From Candidatus Poseidoniales archaeon (GTDB taxonomy: Archaea; Thermoplasmatota; Poseidoniia; Poseidoniales; Thalassarchaeaceae): a stretch of 64,000 nucleotides of DNA. Numbering within the stretch: the first letter of the stretch is position 1; each line of letters starts with the position of its first letter. Where the stretch lies: assembly GCA_028283505.1 (NCBI GenBank), contig JAPOFX010000001.1, forward strand, positions 137,127 to 201,126. Direction: 5' to 3'. This document shows positions 29,119-38,743 of the stretch, one piece after another. The translations under genes were made by a program, and so were the position numbers. The notes under the pieces are model-generated. The model made no database searches. It was not told the origin of the DNA and saw only the letters and a program-made list of their open reading frames with translations.

Positions 29119-30259
29119 GAAGCATCTCTCTTCCAATAATCAGCCTCTGAATCTGGCTTGACCCTTCAAAAATCTGAACGACCTTTGCACCCCTCATCCT
29201 TCTGGCCACTGGGTACTCCTCTGAGTAGCCATAGCCCCCAAAAATCTGAACAGCATCAGTTGTAACCTCCATCGCCATGTCTGCTGCAAACCTCTTGGCA
29301 TGTGCAGCTTCCAATGTATTCCTGTGCCCCGCGTCACACTTCAGGGCCGCTCTCCAAGTCAGGAGTCTAGCCGCATCGATCTTTGTTGCCATATCTGCTA
29401 GCATGAATGATACAGCCTGATGTTTGAAGATCGGTTTACCGAAAGCACTCCTATCTGTTGAGTATGCGACAGCTTCCTCGAGGGCACCTCTAGCATTGCC
29501 AACCGCATGGGCAGAAATGGTAGGCCTCGAGAAATCAAAGGCTTTCATGGCGTTCATCCAACCTCCATTCTCCTCCTCACCGATGAGATTTTCCACTGGT
29601 ACTCTTACGTCATTGAATGTCACAGAGCGCGTGTCTGAACATCTTTGACCCATATTTTCCTCCTTCTTTCCAAGTTCTATTCCAGGGGAATCAGCATCAA
29701 CGATGAAACCACTCATTCCTTTGTAGCCAGCACTCTTGTCAGTGTATGCTAGAACGAAAAACCAATCAGCATATCCCGCCCCAGTTATCCACATCTTGCT
29801 ACCATTGATGATATACTCGTCACCATCCTTCACGGCCTCGGTTTTGATTGATTGAACATCGCTACCCGCTCCTGGCTCTGTAACGCAGTATGACGCAATG
29901 CATCCTTCAGTAACCTTGGTCATGTAACGCTCCTTCTGATCTTCTGTACCTCCGGTCAGAATCGGGTATGAAGCAAGCATTGTACTTCCACACGCAGTGG
30001 CGAATCCTGGGTCGCCAGCCCCGAACTCTTCGCAAACCAGAACCTCTTCGAAAGAGCCCATGCCACCGCCACCGTATTTTTCGGGGATCTTCAGAGTTAG
30101 AAGTCCGAACTCATTGGCTTTCTTTATTGCCTGCCTAGGAAACTCACTCGTACTGTCCCATTTACCAGCATTTGGTTTCACTTCCTCTTCAGCAAAATCT
30201 CTGGCAAGTTGCTGAAGCATGCGTTGTTCCTCGCTCAAAACAAAGTCGACCATGAGCAT
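29105..30259 (-). CDS. Acyl-CoA dehydrogenase
   Basis: YCVTEPGAGSDV, GSKMWITGA, R.AFGKPI..HQ, AVQIFGGYGY, IFEGSSQIQR. Confidence 0.95.
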   Translation of the reverse strand: MLMVDFVLSEEQRMLQQLARDFAEEEVKPNAGKWDSTSEFPRQAIKKANEFGLLTLKIPEKYGGGGMGSFEEVLVCEEFGAGDPGFATACGSTMLASYPILTGGTEDQKERYMTKVTEGCIASYCVTEPGAGSDVQSIKTEAVKDGDEYIINGSKMWITGAGYADWFFVLAYTDKSAGYKGMSGFIVDADSPGIELGKKEENMGQRCSDTRSVTFNDVRVPVENLIGEEENGGWMNAMKAFDFSRPTISAHAVGNARGALEEAVAYSTDRSAFGKPIFKHQAVSFMLADMATKIDAARLLTWRAALKCDAGHRNTLEAAHAKRFAADMAMEVTTDAVQIFGGYGYSEEYPVARRMRGAKVVQIFEGSSQIQRLIIGREMLRENK

Positions 30260-30277
30260 TGGAGCGGGTACTCAGTC

Positions 30278-31198
30278 TTAGAGGTAGAGGTATGCCATGT
30301 AGAAAAAATATCCAGCAACCATGGCTAAACCCGTCCTTCGACCGATTTCCCTACCGTTCAAAAGCATCGCAGCAATTGCACCGGAGGTAAGAAGCATGAC
30401 CCATATGTCCCTCTCAGCAAAATCAGGATTTATCGAGATCCCTCCTCCTATTATCGCGGTTGCTCCTAAAATCCCCAAGATATTCATCATGTTGGATCCA
30501 AGTACGTTACCTACTGCAACACCTCCTTGCCCCCTTATTCCTGCCACTATAGTTACCGCCAATTCAGGTAGGGAGGTCCCTAGCGCTACGACCGATAGTC
30601 CAATCACCGCTTCCGATATACCCATATCCGAAGCAATTCCTGTAGCACCTTGAATCAAGAACTCCGCCCCTTTCCAAATAAATAATCCGCCAACTATGGT
30701 CACTATCGTCGCTAATGATATCTTATTCGGCACCCAACTTTCCTCTATTTCGATATCATCATCCGACTTTAGGTATGAATAGCCGTAGTATCCAACCAAA
30801 CAAACTAACATCGAAGCGCCGAATATTTGGTCGATAGAGCCCAAAACAACGGCGCCTAGGAGGGCGAAGGAGGCCATCATCATGGCCTTTGCATCTCTCC
30901 TTACACCAATCCCCGGGTCACTAGCCGCTCCGAGCATTGATGCTGTACCCAGGACTAACATTACATTGGCAACGTTAGATCCCATCACCCCTCCAACAGC
31001 CAGATCAGGTTGACCTCCTGCCACAGCTTCGAGTGAGACCGCTAATTCTGGGAGGGATGTCCCGATAGCCACAACGGTGAATCCAATAAGCAAGGGAGGT
31101 ACCCTCATCCTTCCGGCAATCACTACTGCCCCTTGAACAATGATCTCTCCTCCTGCCATTAGAAGAATGAACCCCCCTATCACCAGAAGCCAGTCCAT
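30278..31198 (-). CDS. Ca2+/Na+ antiporter (CaCA, YrbG-like)
   Basis: Two alpha repeats GTSLPEL...G..GSN. Confidence 0.93.
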   Translation of the reverse strand: MDWLLVIGGFILLMAGGEIIVQGAVVIAGRMRVPPLLIGFTVVAIGTSLPELAVSLEAVAGGQPDLAVGGVMGSNVANVMLVLGTASMLGAASDPGIGVRRDAKAMMMASFALLGAVVLGSIDQIFGASMLVCLVGYYGYSYLKSDDDIEIEESWVPNKISLATIVTIVGGLFIWKGAEFLIQGATGIASDMGISEAVIGLSVVALGTSLPELAVTIVAGIRGQGGVAVGNVLGSNMMNILGILGATAIIGGGISINPDFAERDIWVMLLTSGAIAAMLLNGREIGRRTGLAMVAGYFFYMAYLYL

Positions 31199-31247
31199 GT
31201 TCGCCGGGTAGTAATTCTCCTCATGACCGTTTCCGATTAATTGTTAC

Positions 31248-34109
31248 CTAACTGCATGATCTTAGTATGTGGCGGTAGACTAAATCTGGGGTTGGGATGG
31301 TATGGTCCTCCAAGGTCGGAGAAAATGGAACAGGAGTATCTAGGGCGCCAAGGACGACTGGTGTTGACTCTAAACTCCAGAAGGATTGCTCAATTACCCT
31401 GCTGCTTATGGTATGTCCAAGTCCGCCTGTCCACTGGGCCTCTTGCAGGACTATCATCCTGCCAGTCCTTTTCACAGAGTCAATGCAAGTTTTTTCATCA
31501 AAAGGTTGTATAGTCCTCAAGTCTATCACCTCAACCTCAAATCCATCTTTTGAAGCCATTCTGGAGGCCTCTAACGCAACATGAACCATTGCTCCCCAGG
31601 AGATAATAGTCAGGTCGCTGCCCCCTCTGACTATTCGAGCCTTACCAATTGAAAGATTGCCTGAGGATACTCTGTCTTTCACAGACTCAGTATCTACTAT
31701 CTGATTAATCGAGGTTCCCCACCCTGTTTTACCTCCTCTGAGCCCATAGAGTCCTATGTGTTCCAAGAAAAGGACTGGATCGGGAACCGAATGCCCCTCT
31801 ACCAGTAAGTCATATGCGTCCTGGGGATTGCTTGGGAAGGCGATAACTAGTCCAGGGTCATTTGTGAACCATGATTCAATCATATTCGCATGAAATGGCC
31901 CACTCCGGGTCTTCGCTCCCAATGGAATCCTAACAGTGAGCGGTACGTCAGCCCCCCACCTCCATCGTAGCTGAGCGGCATTGTTGATCAATGGATTCAT
32001 GGCCAGTGCCGCGAAACCTCCAAACTGAATTTCGGCCATTGGCTTCATTCCTCCTAATGCAGCCCCCGTGGCAGAATGAATGATTATAGCTTCCGAAAGT
32101 GGCATATCCAGAAGTTTTGATTGGTGCCCTCTAGCCTTCAATGGAAGATTCATTCCGAATGCTCCAGCAATTTCCATATCCTCTCCCATGAATACTACCT
32201 CGTCCCCGTAAATTTCTGCTATCTCAACCATAGCATTTTGGATAGATCTGCTGAATGTCCAAGAATTAGGAGCATCCGAGAAGACCAACGCCTCTTCACC
32301 AGGTCCCAAGAGAGGTTCTGTACCACTCCTATCGCTGTTCAAATCAGTAATCTGTTGCGAGTGACTTCGTGCATCGATCAGACTAGTGACTCCTTCTCCT
32401 ACGGAATGCCCCTCGGGCCATGGCATAGACTCCATGTCATCCCTGCAAGATTTCACCATTTCCCTTTCCTCCTCCTCGATTAATGAGATGACTTTCTCAC
32501 TGCATCCCATCCGAATTAACAACTCTCTATGATTCGGAAGAGGGTCCTTATCTGCCCAGTAACTTAGTAATTCCTTGTCTACATATCCAGGGGGATTTCC
32601 AGAAACGGATCCAAGGTAGAGATCGTCATGATGGTGAGCATGCCCACATCCTCTCATGGTCTCGACATGAATCAATGTTGAACCTCCTCCAGATAGGGCA
32701 ATCTCTCTGGCAACGGAGGTGGATGCGTAGAATTGAGCTGGGTCGGAACCGTCTATGCTCCATGAGGGAATTCCCATTGAGATTCCTTTATCTCCAAAAG
32801 TTTCAGCTCCCGATTGCCCCAAAACAAACGTATCCAGAGCTATCTGATTATTCTGAATCATGTAGCAGATTGGAAGGCCACGAGTACCTGCCAAATTCAT
32901 AGCCTCCCAAAATTCACCGCTACTGCTGCAACCCTCGCCAACCGGGGCCAGATGGAACCTGGATTTACTCAATCTTTGGGCGGCCAATGCTATGCCGGTC
33001 GTGGTAGCACTCGCTGTGGGGAGAGGAGCAGTTGGGGGGAGGACCCTTTTTCCCCAGTTCCCGATATGTAAATCGCGTCCTCCAGACCCAGGGTTGCCAC
33101 CATCCATGTAAGAATCCGCCTTCCCCATCTGCGCTGCAAACACTTCAGTAGGAGTTTGTCCCATGGCCATTGCCAAACCCGTGTCTCTGATCATCGGCGC
33201 GATGACATCTGCACTATCAATTTCCGACTCCGGCAGATCTATGGCTCTGGACATAGCTGAAGCACAAGCTACAACCCCCTCTTGCCATGTAGACCTAAAC
33301 CCCTTGCCTGTGAATTTCCCACCATCAGGAGTCTCCAATCCATTCGTAAACAGGTCTTTCAAGTGTTCATCTACAATCCTTGTTCTGGTCATCCACCTTT
33401 GCCACATTATTCTTTGGTCAAGAGTAACCGAGTGATAATGCGCAATTCTACGCAAGCAAATTCTCAGGTCGACAATAAGTCTGGTAATTCTCCGTGAAAT
33501 GTGGGAAGACCCATTCCTTCTAGGGATAATCTCTATTTCCTGAATCCCAATTAAATTTGGCTCCAACAATCTCTGAGACAGGATGTCCGCCATTTTTTCC
33601 TCGAATCTCAAACTAAATGAATGGTATGAATCGCCGTCAAAAAGTTCGGGAGGTGATGAAGACTCCCAGCACATCGCAACCGTATCCAGGTAACCCTCAT
33701 TTCTCTCAGATACGAATCTTAGCAATTCAGTACGAACCTTTTCCGAAGCTATTTTACTTGGGAAACTCAAGCCCTCCTCCGGCCTCCATTGGTTTGCGAA
33801 TATTGGCACAAGTCCAGATTGCCCCTCGTCCCTAATCTCGCCATTTTTACCTATGATCGTCCCTGAATTGGATTCGTCTCTAGCTAGGACCTCTTTCATG
33901 AGGGCATAATCATCAAGCTTCATCGACCTTTCCCAGATATCAACGGAGCCCCTCCTGCCTTTACCGGAAGGGGACCTGTCCAATGTCGCCCTTACCCTCT
34001 CCCCACAACTTATGCAACTTCTATCAAGCTTGGAGGTAGAGACACTCCTAACCTTCCAAATCTGGTGCTTCTCACATTTCGGACATTTCCACAAACCCTG
34101 ACGTCCCAT
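31248..34109 (-). CDS. Fused 2-oxoacid dehydrogenase E1 alpha+beta with N-terminal Zn-ribbon extension
   Basis: GEG...NN TPP-binding-like motif, DPL, MGED, DMPLSE, AEIQF, GPFH, EVIDLRT..PFD; N-terminal CPKC-x-CISC. Confidence 0.88.
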   Translation of the reverse strand: MGRQGLWKCPKCEKHQIWKVRSVSTSKLDRSCISCGERVRATLDRSPSGKGRRGSVDIWERSMKLDDYALMKEVLARDESNSGTIIGKNGEIRDEGQSGLVPIFANQWRPEEGLSFPSKIASEKVRTELLRFVSERNEGYLDTVAMCWESSSPPELFDGDSYHSFSLRFEEKMADILSQRLLEPNLIGIQEIEIIPRRNGSSHISRRITRLIVDLRICLRRIAHYHSVTLDQRIMWQRWMTRTRIVDEHLKDLFTNGLETPDGGKFTGKGFRSTWQEGVVACASAMSRAIDLPESEIDSADVIAPMIRDTGLAMAMGQTPTEVFAAQMGKADSYMDGGNPGSGGRDLHIGNWGKRVLPPTAPLPTASATTTGIALAAQRLSKSRFHLAPVGEGCSSSGEFWEAMNLAGTRGLPICYMIQNNQIALDTFVLGQSGAETFGDKGISMGIPSWSIDGSDPAQFYASTSVAREIALSGGGSTLIHVETMRGCGHAHHHDDLYLGSVSGNPPGYVDKELLSYWADKDPLPNHRELLIRMGCSEKVISLIEEEEREMVKSCRDDMESMPWPEGHSVGEGVTSLIDARSHSQQITDLNSDRSGTEPLLGPGEEALVFSDAPNSWTFSRSIQNAMVEIAEIYGDEVVFMGEDMEIAGAFGMNLPLKARGHQSKLLDMPLSEAIIIHSATGAALGGMKPMAEIQFGGFAALAMNPLINNAAQLRWRWGADVPLTVRIPLGAKTRSGPFHANMIESWFTNDPGLVIAFPSNPQDAYDLLVEGHSVPDPVLFLEHIGLYGLRGGKTGWGTSINQIVDTESVKDRVSSGNLSIGKARIVRGGSDLTIISWGAMVHVALEASRMASKDGFEVEVIDLRTIQPFDEKTCIDSVKRTGRMIVLQEAQWTGGLGHTISSRVIEQSFWSLESTPVVLGALDTPVPFSPTLEDHTIPTPDLVYRHILRSCS

Positions 34110-34119
34110 GATAAGCTCC

Positions 34120-34165
34120 TAAATAGTCATAGTACAACAATTATTCGCATTACTATGTCTATTTA
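34120..34165. promoter_or_regulatory. 15-bp inverted repeat upstream of the E1 gene
   Basis: TAAATAGTCATAGTA (34120-34134) and TACTATGTCTATTTA (34151-34165), 14/15 complementary, 16-nt spacer, in an AT-rich intergenic region. Confidence 0.55.
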
Positions 34166-34265
34166 TACCACTATTAATCTAAGTTTTCAATATTTGCAAT
34201 GATTATCATGGAAAATTACAATATAAACCATAATTAAACGTTATACTGAATGCTATTATACCGTT

Positions 34266-35384
34266 TCAATATTTTATTACAGACGAATCAATACTATCTG
34301 ACCAGAGATGAACTCCTCCTTCCAGATTATATACGCCATTGACATCCCATCCATTTTGCGTCAGGTACCTAACTACAGCTCCTGATCTACCTCCAGTTCT
34401 GCAGTAAACTACTATGTCCATATCATTGGGAATTTCATTCATTCTATCTGGGACAGAAGTATGAGTGATTCTTAGGTCCGTCCCTTCCAAGGAGACAATC
34501 GCTTCCTCTGACTCTGATCTAACATCAAGTAGGAAAAACTTCCATCCTCCATCCCTACGGTCTACGAATTCACTTGGAGTAACTGTCTTCATCTGTATCC
34601 CTTCCTTCCCTATTTCCGAGGTGCGCACTCTCCCGGGAATTGAATCGAATGACAGGACCCTAGTAATCATTGTCAGTGAATCTATCGTCAATAGCTTACC
34701 TCTCAGAACTTCCCCCACTCCTAGAATCACCTTTATTGCCTCTGTGGCTTGAATTGTTCCTACAATTCCAGGAAGGATTCCGAGAACACCAGCTTCTGAA
34801 CAATTTGGTGCCAATTCAGGAGGTGGGGGAACAGGAAATAGATCCCTGTAATTCGGGCCTTCTTCAAAGTTGAACGTTGATACCTGCCCCTCAAATCTGT
34901 GTATGCTACCAAAAATCCAAGGCTTACCTAATTTTTCACATACATCTCCAATTAGGTATCGTGAGGAAAAATTATCGGTTCCATCAATCACTATGTCGTA
35001 TTTTTCGATCATGGAATCAGCATTCTCTGTATCCAGTCTAGATACATAGACATCAACTTCAACCTGTGGATTCAACTCGTTCAATCTTTTCTTCGCAGAT
35101 AGAGCCTTAGGCTCGCCAACCGAGGATGTTGAGTGAATTATCTGCCTTTGTAGATTCGAGGACTCCACGACATCATCGTCAATGATCCCAATCCTTCCAA
35201 CACCAGCCGCAGCGAGATACATCATTGCTGGAGAACCAAGACCGCCAGCTCCTACCACCAATACAGATGACTCTAGAAGCTTGATTTGACCCTCCTCGCC
35301 AACTTGTGGGAGAACTATGTGCCTGGCATATCTCAGGCGTTCGTTATCCGATAACTCCTCTGACACAGATCCCCCCTGGAGCAT
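34266..35384 (-). CDS. moeB: Molybdopterin-synthase adenylyltransferase MoeB with rhodanese domain (MoeZ-type)
   Basis: RYARHI, VGAGGLGSP, SNLQRQ, DGTDNF, NCSEAGVLG, C-terminal YCRTGGRS. Confidence 0.92.
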   Translation of the reverse strand: MLQGGSVSEELSDNERLRYARHIVLPQVGEEGQIKLLESSVLVVGAGGLGSPAMMYLAAAGVGRIGIIDDDVVESSNLQRQIIHSTSSVGEPKALSAKKRLNELNPQVEVDVYVSRLDTENADSMIEKYDIVIDGTDNFSSRYLIGDVCEKLGKPWIFGSIHRFEGQVSTFNFEEGPNYRDLFPVPPPPELAPNCSEAGVLGILPGIVGTIQATEAIKVILGVGEVLRGKLLTIDSLTMITRVLSFDSIPGRVRTSEIGKEGIQMKTVTPSEFVDRRDGGWKFFLLDVRSESEEAIVSLEGTDLRITHTSVPDRMNEIPNDMDIVVYCRTGGRSGAVVRYLTQNGWDVNGVYNLEGGVHLWSDSIDSSVIKY

Positions 35385-35409
35385 TAGGGCATTGTACTTA
35401 TCCCGTATA

Positions 35410-36336
35410 CTAATGCTGGTCTTCCAACCATTTTTCTGCGTCCATAGCAGCTTGACATCCCATTCCGGCGGCAGTTATGGCTTGCCTGTATCTAGTATCA
35501 ACCACATCTCCTGCCGCAAATACTCCTTCAACGCTGGTCATGGTATTTTTCCTGTGAAGAATGTATCCGTTTTCATCAGTTTCGACTTGAGACTCAAGGA
35601 AATTGGTGATTGGCTTGTGTCCTATGGCGATAAATGCTCCAGTGCACTCCACAGTCTCAGTAGTGTTGTCCCTGGGGTCTTCCAGAACTGCCCCTGTAAG
35701 TCCATTCTCATCTGATAGCCAAGATTTTACTATTCGATGGGTCTTAATCTCGATTTTAGGATGATTAACCGCTCTTTCATACATTACTTTTGATGCTCTG
35801 AAGACATCTCTCCTGTGAACTATAGTGACTTTTTTGGCGAATCTCGTAAGGAAAGTTGCCTCCTCCATAGCAGAGTCGCCACCGCCAACCACAATCACCT
35901 CCTCATCTCTGAAAAATGCTCCATCGCAAGTTGCACACGTAGAAATCCCCCTTCCTTTCTGAGCATCCTCTCCTTCCACGCCCAGCCAAATTGATTCCGC
36001 ACCTGTGCAAATTATGATCGACTCTGACCTGAACTCCTTGCCTTCCACCCAGACCTTGTATGGCCTTTCGGAAAAATCTACCTTCTCGACATTTTTGTCC
36101 TGCACCTGAAGGCCAAACCTCTCAGCTTGTTCACGTAGCTCCAACATCATCTCTGGACCACCTATGCCCTTCGGGTAACCGGGGAAATTTTCAATGTCCG
36201 AAGTCAGCATCAATTGCCCGCCAGACATGTAACCAGCAAACATCAGTGGCTCGAGAAGAGCTCTAGCCGAATACAGTCCAGCAGTGTAGCCTGCTGGACC
36301 TGAACCGATTATTATCACATTGCGCACTTCTTCCAC
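35410..36336 (-). CDS. trxB: Thioredoxin reductase
   Basis: GSGPAG, CATCDG, GGGDSAMEEA, FAAGDV, QAITAAG. Confidence 0.96.
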   Translation of the reverse strand: MEEVRNVIIIGSGPAGYTAGLYSARALLEPLMFAGYMSGGQLMLTSDIENFPGYPKGIGGPEMMLELREQAERFGLQVQDKNVEKVDFSERPYKVWVEGKEFRSESIIICTGAESIWLGVEGEDAQKGRGISTCATCDGAFFRDEEVIVVGGGDSAMEEATFLTRFAKKVTIVHRRDVFRASKVMYERAVNHPKIEIKTHRIVKSWLSDENGLTGAVLEDPRDNTTETVECTGAFIAIGHKPITNFLESQVETDENGYILHRKNTMTSVEGVFAAGDVVDTRYRQAITAAGMGCQAAMDAEKWLEDQH

Positions 36337-36381
36337 ATTGTTGCCAACGGGGGGACGTCCTTCAACATACTCTATGCTAGT

Positions 36382-36804
36382 TCACTCAAGCATTGACGCG
36401 ACAGCTACTACAGAAGCGCGCGCATGAGGCTCGAGTCGAGGCTCAATATGCGCCGGTTCCGCCCCCGGTCCAATAATCCCAAGGCCCACCGGTTTTCCAT
36501 GAACTAGCTGGAGCTCTATTATGGATCTAATGACAGCCTGTCCCATTGCAAGACCGTGCTGAGTCTGTCCCTTCTCGATTATCCCAAGACATGCAGCACC
36601 CTCAATATCATCTCTGCTCAGCAATCTATCCAAGGCCAACGGCACTTCCATTGCACCCGGGACCCATAAGATATCCTCAACGATTAGATTGAGTTTTACA
36701 GCTTCGTCCGTTGACCACTTTAGCATTCTCTCAACTTCTGACTTATGGAACGAACCACAAACAACTCCAATCTTCCGGCGGGATTGTTGACGATTCATAT
36801 TCAC
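36382..36804 (-). CDS. ribH: 6,7-dimethyl-8-ribityllumazine synthase
   Basis: VPGAMEVP, LGIIEKGQTQH, KPVGLGI. Confidence 0.92.
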   Translation of the reverse strand: MNMNRQQSRRKIGVVCGSFHKSEVERMLKWSTDEAVKLNLIVEDILWVPGAMEVPLALDRLLSRDDIEGAACLGIIEKGQTQHGLAMGQAVIRSIIELQLVHGKPVGLGIIGPGAEPAHIEPRLEPHARASVVAVASMLE

Positions 36805-37391
36805 GCACCTCGACCTTCAATCAGTCTCTTGGTAGTCTCGACAACAGTCTGTGTCATCGCATCGATTTCAATGTTGACATGCTCGCCAACGGACTTGGTA
36901 CCTAATGTCGTCAACCTCAAGGTTTCGGGTATAATATGGATTGCAAAACGACCCTTTCCATCGGTATCTCCAACAGTCAGTGAGATTCCATCAACTGCAA
37001 TGTACCCCTTCTCTTGTATATAGTCCCCCATTTCAGATGGGCACTGGATAATATAGTCTTGATTTTTTATGGAGGTGATTTCACCTTTGCCCATTATATG
37101 TCCACTCAATAGGTGTCCACCCAGCTCATCACCAAACTTTAGGGCACGCTCGACATTGACGTGTGAACCAGACTTAAGCGAACCCAGAGTGGTCCTCTCT
37201 AGTGTTTCCGGTATTATGTCAAATGATACAGTATTCCCAACAGAAGTTGCAGTCAGGCATACTCCATCAATAGATACGGAACCGCCTATTTTGAGGCCCT
37301 CTGTGGAGGGAATTTCGATTTCCATGGTGACGATTGAGTTGCCTGTGACTGACTTGACATAGCCAGTTCCTTGAACGATTCCGGTGAACAT
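36801..37391 (-). CDS. ribE: Riboflavin synthase (bacterial alpha-chain type)
   Basis: MFTGIV, GVCLT, VNVERAL..GDELGGH..SGH, KGYIAVDGISLTV. Confidence 0.95.
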   Translation of the reverse strand: MFTGIVQGTGYVKSVTGNSIVTMEIEIPSTEGLKIGGSVSIDGVCLTATSVGNTVSFDIIPETLERTTLGSLKSGSHVNVERALKFGDELGGHLLSGHIMGKGEITSIKNQDYIIQCPSEMGDYIQEKGYIAVDGISLTVGDTDGKGRFAIHIIPETLRLTTLGTKSVGEHVNIEIDAMTQTVVETTKRLIEGRGA

Positions 37392-37392
37392 G

Positions 37393-37851
37393 TCAATCCT
37401 CCTCGTAAGGCCCGCCTTCGGAGTTAGGCCAAAGGTCCAGTATCCTAGAAATTATCTTACGAGTCCCATCTAGGTCATCCGATAGCCCCTCAACTCTTGT
37501 GAGTTCTACTTCAGAGAACCCATGTTTGTCGAGACCACTTCTGATCGAGTCAATAGAATGCTTCTGATCATACCCTAAGGCAATAAGGTCAGGCTTTACA
37601 ACACCAAGGATGTCAAAAATAGGGGTTCCTGGTGAGTTACCAATTATGGCCTTGTCTACTGGTTTAAGCCCATTGACCATTCTACATCTTAGATCTTGAC
37701 TAGTAACAGGCTCGTGCTTTTGTGTACGGACTGTGTCATCATGCGCAACAACTACCACCAGTTCATCGCCCAGAGACTTTGCCTGTTCCAGATAATGCAG
37801 ATGACCGGCATGAAGCAAATCGAATACACCAACTGCCATGACTCTAACCAT
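37393..37851 (-). CDS. ribL: Archaeal FAD synthase
   Basis: GVFDLLHAGHLHYL, VVVVAHD, PDLIALGYDQ; riboflavin cluster. Confidence 0.88.
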   Translation of the reverse strand: MVRVMAVGVFDLLHAGHLHYLEQAKSLGDELVVVVAHDDTVRTQKHEPVTSQDLRCRMVNGLKPVDKAIIGNSPGTPIFDILGVVKPDLIALGYDQKHSIDSIRSGLDKHGFSEVELTRVEGLSDDLDGTRKIISRILDLWPNSEGGPYEED

Positions 37852-37876
37852 CTTTTTGCCCTCCTTCAAAGCTACA

Positions 37877-38608
37877 TTAATCCAGATTGATTGAATCAAG
37901 AATGTCCTTTCCCGTAATCATCGGTATTCCATGCTTCTCAGCGTATATTCTCGACTCTTCCAGAGACAAGGCGCCATCTCCATTGGGATCCAGCATTTCT
38001 GCCCCAATCGTACATGGGACATTCCCTGAAAGCCTAGCTATTGAGACCGCCAACTCCGTATGTCCTTGCCTGTTGCTCAGGCCTCCAGGTGACTCCCTGC
38101 ATAATGGAATATGGCCAGGCGTTCTAAATTCGTCCCCCAATGCCTTCATGGCTTTGGATTTGGAGGCATCTGCCATTTCACCGGCAAGCTCTCCGAATCT
38201 TCTTGTTGTTAGTGCCCTGTCTCTGTCAGTGATTCCGGTGTAGGTTTTCCTGTGGTTTAGAGACAATGTGAAGGCAGATCTAGAGTCGTATTGTAAATCA
38301 TCAGTTATGAGGTGACCCAGAATTGGATTTTTTGTTACGAGGGATGAATCAGAGTGTATATCTTGTAGCCATGGAAGGCCGAATTTCTCACCTACTTCGT
38401 TCCCTATTGCGAGAAAAAGTAAGCCCCCGCAATCCTTCCTCAGCCTCCTCATTATCTGAGGTGTAGCAGCAGTGGCTGGCCAAAGAAGATCAGTTTCTTT
38501 CTCTCTAAAATCAGAATCGAAAATCATTACTGGCTCCCCTTTAGCAAAGGCTTCTATCGCCTCGGCGATGCTCCCACTCATGTATTCCGGAGGGGCCATA
38601 CCTACCAC
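37877..38608 (-). CDS. ribB: 3,4-dihydroxy-2-butanone 4-phosphate synthase
   Basis: D...REKETDL, YDSRSAF, TGITDRDRALT, FRTPGH, RQGHTE. Confidence 0.93.
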   Translation of the reverse strand: MVGMAPPEYMSGSIAEAIEAFAKGEPVMIFDSDFREKETDLLWPATAATPQIMRRLRKDCGGLLFLAIGNEVGEKFGLPWLQDIHSDSSLVTKNPILGHLITDDLQYDSRSAFTLSLNHRKTYTGITDRDRALTTRRFGELAGEMADASKSKAMKALGDEFRTPGHIPLCRESPGGLSNRQGHTELAVSIARLSGNVPCTIGAEMLDPNGDGALSLEESRIYAEKHGIPMITGKDILDSINLD

Positions 38609-38743
38609 TTATTTTCGGTCAGACTGTCTACTATGTTAATCTTTGATTGATACCATCATTTACCCATTGATAAATAATTGTTGATGCCAAATCTTGGAAT
38701 GACTAGTCCGAAGCCCTAAACGTTACCAGCATTAGCCGAGCAC

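Noticed and set aside
36801..37391. Bacterial-type riboflavin synthase as a novelty
   Set aside because: This type is already known in several archaeal lineages
38609..38743. FMN riboswitch upstream of ribB
   Set aside because: No RFN consensus visible; ordinary AT-rich divergent promoter region
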